From the NCBI GenBank assembly GCA_009926305.1, contig RFPC01000006.1, forward strand, positions 1,401-65,400: a stretch of DNA of 64,000 nucleotides, read 5' to 3'. Within the stretch, counting starts at the first letter, position 1; every line of letters starts with the position of its first letter. This DNA is from a bacterium (GTDB taxonomy: Bacteria > Bdellovibrionota_C > UBA2361 > RFPC01). Both the position numbers and the translations under genes were made by a program. A model generated the notes under the pieces. It saw nothing but the letters and a program-made list of their open reading frames with translations. It had not been told where the DNA came from and made no database searches. Shown here piece after piece: positions 57,224 to 64,000 of this stretch.

Positions 57224-57805
57224 ATGCGGTTTTTCTCAAATATCCTCTCTATTTTCCTTCTCCTTCCCGCATTTCTAGCTCTCTTAGGACCACACACCGT
57301 CTTATCAGAGGAGCAAGTGCCTTTCCAATTACCGTCTCCAAGTCAGTTACAACGGCTAAAGACTGCTGTACTCGATACATCACGGGGTAGAATCGTATTT
57401 GAGCTGTATCCGGAAAAAGCCCCCTGGCATGTTGCAAACTTCAAATATCTTGCAGATAAAAATTTCTACGACGGAATTCAATTTCACATCCATCAGGATG
57501 GCAAGATAATACAAGGAGGCACCCCAGATCCGAAAGATCCTGATGCTGGCCCTGGTTATAGCCTTCCTCCTGAATTCAATGGTCTTCCCCATAAGCGTGG
57601 CACCCTTGGCATGGCGCGCAAACCTGATCTCTTAAATCCATACCGCAGCTCACACGGTAGTCAGTTTCACATTCTCCTAACAGATGCCAGTAAAATGGAC
57701 GGTTCATTTACCGTCTTTGGGCAAATTATTGAGGGTCTTGATATTGCCGATTCCTTGGGCAAGGGAGATACCATTCACTCGCTGATTGTATATTTAAAGC
57801 CGTAG
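57224..57805 (+). CDS. cyclophilin-type peptidyl-prolyl cis-trans isomerase, secreted
   Basis: Signal peptide, then FHIHQDGKIIQGG, GTLGMAR, GSQFHI and VFGQIIEGLD cyclophilin motifs. Confidence 0.9.
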   Translation: MRFFSNILSIFLLLPAFLALLGPHTVLSEEQVPFQLPSPSQLQRLKTAVLDTSRGRIVFELYPEKAPWHVANFKYLADKNFYDGIQFHIHQDGKIIQGGTPDPKDPDAGPGYSLPPEFNGLPHKRGTLGMARKPDLLNPYRSSHGSQFHILLTDASKMDGSFTVFGQIIEGLDIADSLGKGDTIHSLIVYLKP

Positions 57806-57992
57806 CATCACTGTCTGTGCTGTTAATGCACCATGCAACACTGTCAACGCACCGACCACAATTTCGTGGATAAAATCTACTAAAACTTGCTCGCTAATTT
57901 CCAAGAATCACAGAAGAAAATGCATGTTTACAAAACTGAGACATTCTTTTGCTTATTCCTTCATCGAAAGAAACAGCCATTAGGTCTGGTTT

Positions 57993-58019
57993 ATCATTTC
58001 GTCTATAAGTCGAAATGAT
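57993..58019 (+). other. perfect 9-bp stem-loop in the long leader of the zincin gene
   Basis: ATCATTTCG (57993-58001), loop TCTATAAGT, CGAAATGAT (58011-58019). Confidence 0.6.
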
Positions 58020-58201
58020 TCAGGTTTTAGCTGGCATCATTCCCTTGGAATGGTGCCACATTCTCTTTTTTCTCTTGTTTGTTCTTCGTTGTTTTAGCTG
58101 TTTTCTGCATTTGCTGAAGCTTCTTGGCTTCATGCAAACGATGAGATTCGTCCGACAACAGTGCTGACGTCTTCATCATGTTTTTTCAAGAGGAGAATAT
58201 T

Positions 58202-60313
58202 ATGGCTTCCCTAGATAACGATGCCGCATTTGATCTCACCAACGAGACATTAAAAGCCTGGAAGGCTCCCCAAACTCCAGTTTCAGCTCCGTTTGATCCC
58301 GAGAGCTCCACTTTGCGGGCGCAACACTTCTGTCCAGATAATGTACTGAAGAATATTCAGACCGCGATCGACCGCGATCGTTATAGAAAACAAATTATTC
58401 CGCTTCTTAAAAAGGTAAAAGCACAAGATGCACTAACGATATCTGAAGCAAGAGGAATCACCGAGATACCGCTTCAACACACGAGCACCAAAGAGCGAGC
58501 GACTCTCCTTCATGGACTCATACAGGGAGAGGCATCTCCCGCACATATTGAGTCAATAACTTACCTTCTTGCTCATGATGGCTTTACTACTCGATTCTCT
58601 CCAGCAGAGGGGAAGCTCTTTTTTTCAACCTTATGTGAGCATGGAATAGAGACTCTCAGTGGGCTCATTTCTCTCGCACCAGTACCTGAATGTAGAGAAC
58701 TCCTATTTGAGGCTTGGTTACATAAACGACTCTCCGATCTTTTTGAGACTCTCTCACACGAAAAACAGGGTCTCATTCAGTTCAGACAAGAATCTTCTCT
58801 TCGAGAGAAGCTTGAAACGGTGAGTTATGTTACGCCCGAACAACGGATGGACTTCATTCGTGAGATTCTTTCACTCGATATATCAACAGATATATATCAG
58901 TCATTTATTACGGATAAACTTGATAATATTTTTCACAAGCTCAATATCACCGAACGAAGCGCCATCTTGTCGGAACAACTCATGTCCGATACTCGGATAG
59001 GCGTATTTGAAATTCTTCGTTCTGCAACTTCTCTTGACGAGATTCGTATCCTGATCTCAGAGGCAGGTATTGAGCGACTTACTGCTCTGGAAAGTTCATC
59101 GGTAAATGAACTCCTCGCTACCTCAATATTTCTCGGAGAAGTTCGGGCAATTGACTTTCAGATTACAGTCAAAGATTTCACTGAACAATCATTATCTCTT
59201 GCTCATAAGGAACTGAGAGATAAATTTCTAGAGGTGCCCAAACTGGTCTCGAATTATCCAGCCTTTAAAAATAGCAACGTGGCCCGTCAGCTGCAAATAG
59301 CCGCGGTAGACGGACTCATTGAACTGGATGAGGCCATCAGCAGTACCCAAAAAGACAGAGACCGTATGTTAGAAGTATTAGAAAGACATTCTCGAATGGC
59401 ACAGATTGAATTTTACTACGGTGTCGACCTCTCAACTCGTAACTCTATTTTGAACCTAAACCGAGACCTCCATGACGATGTTTGCACACTACAAGACTTC
59501 GGAGTTATCCCACCCTCAGAGAAAGACGGCTCAACGCCTGAACTAATAAGTGAACGGACGGACTACTGGCAAATCACACATATCGAACAAGTCGAAAGAG
59601 TCCTGCAATCAATTCCAGAGGGCGATATTCTCTTCAGCCCCTTACTGAGTAGAATTGAGCTTGTGGCTTCTTTAGGTCCTGGGGTTTTGGGAGCACGATA
59701 TCCAGACGGGGTAATTCAGATTGCAGACCTTGCACTAAATCATAAGGGCATTGCTGAAGCATACGAAAACATAGAATCTCTCCTGATAGTCCTTGCCCAT
59801 GAGCTTGGACATGGCTTGCAAATCGGAGAAGGAGGATCTCAGATTCACTTTCCAGGCAATGATCATGATCCAACATTTGGTCAAGGTGAGAGCGTATATG
59901 ACTTTGATGAGTGGCTGAATCTCTCTGGATGGAGGGTATATCGACGCGAACAATATAAACCTGGCCAAAACGGAAACACGATCATACTCGATGGCGAGGA
60001 ACTCTCTCTCAATAAGCCTGTTGAATATAATGGAGAAACCATCATTCTTTCTTATGATCGGTGGCGCAATATTCTGCAATCGTACAGAGCAGATAGCGAA
60101 TTCAGTAATCGCTGGTATGCAAAGATGAGCCCTTGGGAGGATTTTGCTGAGGCATTTTCCGAATATATCTTTTTGCCAGATCGACTGCTACGAGATGCTC
60201 CTGAGAAATTTCTTCATCTTGAGTTAGAATTTAAAAAGTATGAAGACAATCAAGAATTACAGCGGAGATTGAGAACGGCTCTCGCCCAAAATCCAGATCT
60301 CACTCTAAAGTAA
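58202..60313 (+). CDS. large protein with a C-terminal HExxH zincin domain (anthrax-LF/MtfA-like gluzincin pattern)
   Basis: ATG 58202 has GAGGAG 7 nt upstream. There is no signal peptide. LIVLAHELGHGLQ is followed about 95 aa later by SPWEDFAEAFSEYIF (E..FAE.F..Y, the third-ligand helix motif of the ATLF/MtfA families). The N-terminal region of about 500 aa is helical and unrecognised. Confidence 0.75.
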   Translation: MASLDNDAAFDLTNETLKAWKAPQTPVSAPFDPESSTLRAQHFCPDNVLKNIQTAIDRDRYRKQIIPLLKKVKAQDALTISEARGITEIPLQHTSTKERATLLHGLIQGEASPAHIESITYLLAHDGFTTRFSPAEGKLFFSTLCEHGIETLSGLISLAPVPECRELLFEAWLHKRLSDLFETLSHEKQGLIQFRQESSLREKLETVSYVTPEQRMDFIREILSLDISTDIYQSFITDKLDNIFHKLNITERSAILSEQLMSDTRIGVFEILRSATSLDEIRILISEAGIERLTALESSSVNELLATSIFLGEVRAIDFQITVKDFTEQSLSLAHKELRDKFLEVPKLVSNYPAFKNSNVARQLQIAAVDGLIELDEAISSTQKDRDRMLEVLERHSRMAQIEFYYGVDLSTRNSILNLNRDLHDDVCTLQDFGVIPPSEKDGSTPELISERTDYWQITHIEQVERVLQSIPEGDILFSPLLSRIELVASLGPGVLGARYPDGVIQIADLALNHKGIAEAYENIESLLIVLAHELGHGLQIGEGGSQIHFPGNDHDPTFGQGESVYDFDEWLNLSGWRVYRREQYKPGQNGNTIILDGEELSLNKPVEYNGETIILSYDRWRNILQSYRADSEFSNRWYAKMSPWEDFAEAFSEYIFLPDRLLRDAPEKFLHLELEFKKYEDNQELQRRLRTALAQNPDLTLK

Positions 60314-62740
60314 TTAAAACTCTGGAGCCTCAAGATAAGAGCTCGTTTCATCGAAGTTTGCCAGAAGCTCTGGTTCATTACCGCGTTGAAAATAATCAAA
60401 AATTGCTCCTTGAGTCTTAATCGGCACAATTTGACCTGTCTTTTGATCTACCCATTTGCCAATCACTCCAGGCGGTGGAGAGAAGTCTTCCGCCTGTATT
60501 GGCTCTGGAGGGATATACTCAATTCCTAACTCCTCTGCTTCTCGTCGACGTGCACTTTGCAACTGTTGATACTGGTTTTTCTCCTCTCGTTGTAGAAACT
60601 CTTTCATGAATGATAACCAAATTGGAGAGGATACGGTGCCACCAGTTTGCTTCTCTCCAAGAGTACGCTTCAAATCAAAGCCAACCCAGATTCCACAGAC
60701 CCAATTCGGTGTATAACCGATATACCAAGCATCCATCAGGTCGTTGGATGTGCCTGTCTTCCCTGCCGATGGACGCCCGAGCTCACGAATTCGCCACCCA
60801 CTCCCCCTTTCAACAACTCCCTTCATGAGATTTGCCATCAGGAATGCCGACTCCTCTGATATAACTCTCTTCGCCCCATCAAGTTGTCTTTCTGTTGCGG
60901 AGTATAAAGTTGTTCCATCGCGGTCAATGATTCGACTGATCAGCACCGTAGGCATCAATACCCCTCGATTAGCGAAAACTCCATAGGCCCGTGACATCTC
61001 AAGCAAGGTTACTTCACTGCTCCCGAGTGACAAGGACAGGTTTGTTCCCAGAGGGCTGTCTATACCAAGTTTTTTCGCATAATAAATAGCCCATTCAACT
61101 CCGATTCGCGAAATAATATCGGCGGAAACGAGATTTCTTGATTTTGCAAGCGCCGTTCGTAGGGTAATCGGTCCAAGAAATGAGTCATCGAAATTTCCTG
61201 GATTCCAATACTGATCACCAACTTTAAATGTCCGCGGTTCATCGTCGACTATTGTCGAACCGCTATATCCAAACTGATCAATCGCAGCGAGGTACACAAC
61301 AGGTTTGAAGGCTGAACCTGGCTGTCTGTATGACTGGGTCACTCGATTGTATTGATTCTTTTGAAAATCATATCCTCCAATTAGCGTACGAATCTCACCA
61401 GAGGAGGGATCGAGTAAGACGAGCGCCCCCTGAATCTCAGGTATTTGGTTAATCATAAAGATATTTTTCTGCGCCGAATCGCTCTCTTTTTTGACCAATG
61501 AGACCGTTAGAACATCTCCGACCTTAATATGCTCAGCGAGCTCAATTTTTTCGGTCTCCTCATCATTTACGTAAAGACGTCTCGCCCATGACGATGCTTT
61601 AAACGAGACATGCCCCTCACTTCCGTCAGGAAGGAGGATTTTTGCTCTCGCTGGAGTAACTTCAAGTACCAATGCAGGATGTTTGCTCTCAGAGCTCCAA
61701 ACTTCTAACGGTGGAGCAGCGTAGGTCGTAAGAAATGAAGTGACTGCCTCTTCCTCAATGGAGTCTATCGGTCCGCGCCAGCCTTTTCGCCTATCCACAA
61801 CTTCAATTCCTCGATTGAGTGAGAGTTGCGCCATATCCGTTACTTCAGTGTCTACCGTTGTCTCAATGCGGTATCCTCCAGTATCTGGCGTAAGATGGGG
61901 GAATAGCTCCCTGAATTGGCGCCTTACCTCTGTTACAAAGTATGGAGCGCCAAATATGGTATTCAGGCGAACTCGATAGAACTCAAGCTCCTCTGCTTTA
62001 GCCGCCTTCTCTTCTGCTGCCGTGATAAATCCCGATTCAACCATTTGTCCCAACACATAGTGTTGTCTTCGTATAGCCTCTGTCCGATTTGAAAGAGGAG
62101 AATAGCGTGACGGAGCCTTTGGAAGTCCCGCTAGAATAGCCCCCTCAGCAATTGAGAGGTCTTCAACACTCTTATGAAAGTATGCTTGGGCAGCTGCTTG
62201 AATCCCGTACGAACGATTACCAAAGAAAATTTGATTGAGATAGATCTGTAATATCTCTTCTTTCGTCAGCCGTTGCTCAAGACGATATGAAAGTATCGCC
62301 TCCTTCAACTTTCTTGTCAGCTTTTTCTGCGAACTCAGCAAGAGATTCTTTACTACCTGCTGGGTTATAGTCGACCCTCCCTGACGAGCACTGCCAGATT
62401 GTATGTTTTTTACAGCAGCTCGAAGGATGCTCACGACATCAATGCCTGGATGCGAGTAAAATGTAGCATCCTCAGCTGCTACAAAAGCGTTTCGCACATG
62501 CTCTGGAACTTTTTCTATTGAGACTGGATACCGACGATTATCTGGATCAAAAAACTCCCCTATCAGCTCCCCGTTCCGATCATATACTTGGCTGACAGCT
62601 GGGGGTCGATAGTCTTCCACCCTGTCAAGTCTCGGAAGATCTCGCGTAATATAGAAATAACCCCAAACAGCAACAAACGCTCCACCCAAGATGGCAAGAA
62701 GCATTAATATTGAGAACGTATAGAAAAGCTTTCTCATCAT
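60314..62740 (-). CDS. mrcA: penicillin-binding protein 1A (bifunctional glycosyltransferase/transpeptidase)
   Basis: GT51 motifs AAEDATFYSHPG and GGSTITQQ. Transpeptidase motifs GSAFKP (SxxK), KSRN and KTGTSND. Confidence 0.95.
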   Translation of the reverse strand: MMRKLFYTFSILMLLAILGGAFVAVWGYFYITRDLPRLDRVEDYRPPAVSQVYDRNGELIGEFFDPDNRRYPVSIEKVPEHVRNAFVAAEDATFYSHPGIDVVSILRAAVKNIQSGSARQGGSTITQQVVKNLLLSSQKKLTRKLKEAILSYRLEQRLTKEEILQIYLNQIFFGNRSYGIQAAAQAYFHKSVEDLSIAEGAILAGLPKAPSRYSPLSNRTEAIRRQHYVLGQMVESGFITAAEEKAAKAEELEFYRVRLNTIFGAPYFVTEVRRQFRELFPHLTPDTGGYRIETTVDTEVTDMAQLSLNRGIEVVDRRKGWRGPIDSIEEEAVTSFLTTYAAPPLEVWSSESKHPALVLEVTPARAKILLPDGSEGHVSFKASSWARRLYVNDEETEKIELAEHIKVGDVLTVSLVKKESDSAQKNIFMINQIPEIQGALVLLDPSSGEIRTLIGGYDFQKNQYNRVTQSYRQPGSAFKPVVYLAAIDQFGYSGSTIVDDEPRTFKVGDQYWNPGNFDDSFLGPITLRTALAKSRNLVSADIISRIGVEWAIYYAKKLGIDSPLGTNLSLSLGSSEVTLLEMSRAYGVFANRGVLMPTVLISRIIDRDGTTLYSATERQLDGAKRVISEESAFLMANLMKGVVERGSGWRIRELGRPSAGKTGTSNDLMDAWYIGYTPNWVCGIWVGFDLKRTLGEKQTGGTVSSPIWLSFMKEFLQREEKNQYQQLQSARRREAEELGIEYIPPEPIQAEDFSPPPGVIGKWVDQKTGQIVPIKTQGAIFDYFQRGNEPELLANFDETSSYLEAPEF

Positions 62741-62756
62741 AAGAATCGCGATACAC

Positions 62757-63674
62757 TCATTTGAGGAACATTTCCTTCGAGATATTCCTCATCATACGCG
62801 GAAGCTCCTCGAGAGGAAACAGTGCTCGAGAATATCCAGGTTGAGCATAATACACGTGATTATCTGGGTTTGAGGCTTGCATGATGCGAATAAGCTCACT
62901 TCTACTTGTGCCATCCCTGTTCTGATACTCAAGAATAATTTGAAAATGTGGAGTCAGCTCCAATTGAGATGCACGTTTGCCCGAATATTGTAAGCCAACG
63001 ATGCCCCTTAGCAATTCATCCACAAATGGAGTATCTGCTGGCCGACCATTCAGGCTCCAACCGTCTCCGTCTCGCATAAAGTCAAGGGGCTGGCCATCTG
63101 AGAGAACAATACTGCATTTTCGAATGAAGGAAGCGCTCGCGATATCCCGCAATACCCTCCGCTCTATCATTTCTGGCTTCTGAGCATTCAGCGCTTGTAC
63201 AAAACTCTCCGATACCAGAAAAAAATACGGTGGCTTCACTGCTGACAGAGCCTCAGTCTCCTCAAAGAGATAGTAAGATTGAACAAGTGGATTATAACCG
63301 CCAATCCGAAACCGACGCTGCTCTCCTGAACTCGATCCAACATGAATCATATATTGAGATGCTTCGTGCTCCCTCTCTTGACCGTTGGAGCTTATCTCCT
63401 CTAACGGATATTGCCGCGTAGCTTTTAATCCTTGAGAGAATCTCTGTAACCATTCAGATGATATTGGGAATTCGGGTAACTGTTTGAGATGAGGACATGG
63501 CTCTTGCTCATCGCACTCCCAGATGAGCTTCCATCGTTCTTTGCCTGACAATTCTAGGAAAGAAACAAATGTCATCTTGCCTACTACAGGAATGTTTGAA
63601 TTATCCCTGGTACCCTGAAAAGAGAGCCAGATACCAAGAGAGATGAGAGTCAGAGAAAGATAAATAAATTTCAT
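62757..63674 (-). CDS. hypothetical N-terminally anchored protein (DUF4340-like by position downstream of GldG-like gene)
   Basis: 305 aa with a single N-terminal TM. It immediately follows a GldG-type gene, where DUF4340 proteins commonly sit. The family assignment is not verified. Confidence 0.6.
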   Translation of the reverse strand: MKFIYLSLTLISLGIWLSFQGTRDNSNIPVVGKMTFVSFLELSGKERWKLIWECDEQEPCPHLKQLPEFPISSEWLQRFSQGLKATRQYPLEEISSNGQEREHEASQYMIHVGSSSGEQRRFRIGGYNPLVQSYYLFEETEALSAVKPPYFFLVSESFVQALNAQKPEMIERRVLRDIASASFIRKCSIVLSDGQPLDFMRDGDGWSLNGRPADTPFVDELLRGIVGLQYSGKRASQLELTPHFQIILEYQNRDGTSRSELIRIMQASNPDNHVYYAQPGYSRALFPLEELPRMMRNISKEMFLK

Positions 63675-63709
63675 TGCTCGCGATTATTCCACAAAAAAAG
63701 TATTAATGA

Positions 63710-64000
63710 TTATCGTGAAGCAGAGCCAGACGGTAATCGCGTAATCGCTAAACGTCGACGCCTCCAAAGAAGCACCACACCCCACAGCATGAGGCCTTCC
63801 GTAGCAAGAATAAAAAGAAGAAGGATTACATCGATGGTTTCACGATCTACAAAGGAACGTACGGAAGCTTCTCTTGGGACCGCATATATCCTCTCTTCCT
63901 CAATAATTCCACCTCCCCAGAGTACAGCTCCTCTCATCAGTTCTCGATTATATGCTCGATCGAGAAACTGATTCGTCAACCATGAACCATCTCCATAGAG
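63710..64000 (-). CDS. GldG-like ABC-transporter auxiliary protein, C-terminal end only (5' part outside window)
   Basis: The frame is open to the window edge (LYGDGSWLTNQFLDRAYNRELMRGAVLW...). The GD.S(W/F)..N pattern is followed by a C-terminal TM LLLFILATEGLMLWGVVLLWRRRR, typical of GldG C-termini. Confidence 0.6.
   Translation of the reverse strand, partial: LYGDGSWLTNQFLDRAYNRELMRGAVLWGGGIIEEERIYAVPREASVRSFVDRETIDVILLLFILATEGLMLWGVVLLWRRRRLAITRLPSGSASR

Noticed and set aside
1-64000. CRISPR arrays, retrons or DGRs, toxin-antitoxin pairs and known anti-phage defence operons
   Set aside because: No regularly spaced repeat array, reverse transcriptase, Cas-like, nuclease-helicase defence pair or compact TA-like gene pair was recognisable on either strand. 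The only tandem repeats are the 27-mer x2 and the 16-mer x2.5 noted above.

Overview
This 64-kb window comes from a diderm (Gram-negative-type) bacterium. The diderm call rests on an outer-membrane beta-barrel, a PilQ secretin, lipobox lipoproteins and a PBP1A. The window is gene dense, with about 58 credible CDS, and most of them are housekeeping. From start to end: hslVU; a GT2 glycosyltransferase; a nucleosidase plus SPL-like radical-SAM pair; yjbQ; hisS; a large membrane protein; a histidine phosphatase plus GH3-like ligase; an acyl-CoA desaturase; rarA; three orphan genes; an EamA transporter; a FlgM-like protein plus a Ser/Thr-kinase-receiver fusion; dus; rsmG; asnB; a methyltransferase; a membrane thioredoxin-fold protein; a tRNA-Asn-centred patch of orphan envelope or effector-like genes; csaA; a ligase-associated exonuclease plus ATP-dependent DNA ligase; a nitroreductase; ffs(SRP RNA)-dnaX-ybaB-recR; a DjlA-like J protein; a DUF1573 protein; accBC; a pilMNOQ type IV pilus locus followed by two lipoproteins and a TPR protein; priA; mpl; a vWA plus coiled-coil pair; a cyclophilin; a large cytoplasmic-looking protein with a C-terminal HELGH zincin domain; PBP1A; and the end of a GldG-type ABC accessory operon. 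Two RNA genes absent from the ORF track were found by eye: tRNA-Asn(GTT) and a small SRP RNA upstream of dnaX. I saw no CRISPR array, integrase, transposase, reverse transcriptase or phage genes, and no recognisable known defence system. Nothing here is demonstrably a new system. The best candidates for a second look are: (1) the orphan patch around tRNA-Asn, especially a 688-aa signal-less protein with a roughly 60-aa glycine-zipper membrane segment; (2) the overlapping nucleosidase/SPL-family radical-SAM pair; (3) an A10G slippery run in dnaX that ends both shifted frames almost at once; (4) a PilP-less pil locus with an odd repeat-bearing gap and two unknown lipoproteins coupled downstream of pilQ; (5) the ATLF/MtfA-like zincin protein; (6) the vWA/coiled-coil pair. 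All functional calls come from motif and architecture recognition by reading the translations. No database search was run. Start codons are approximate, and end coordinates include the stop codon, as in the supplied ORF track.
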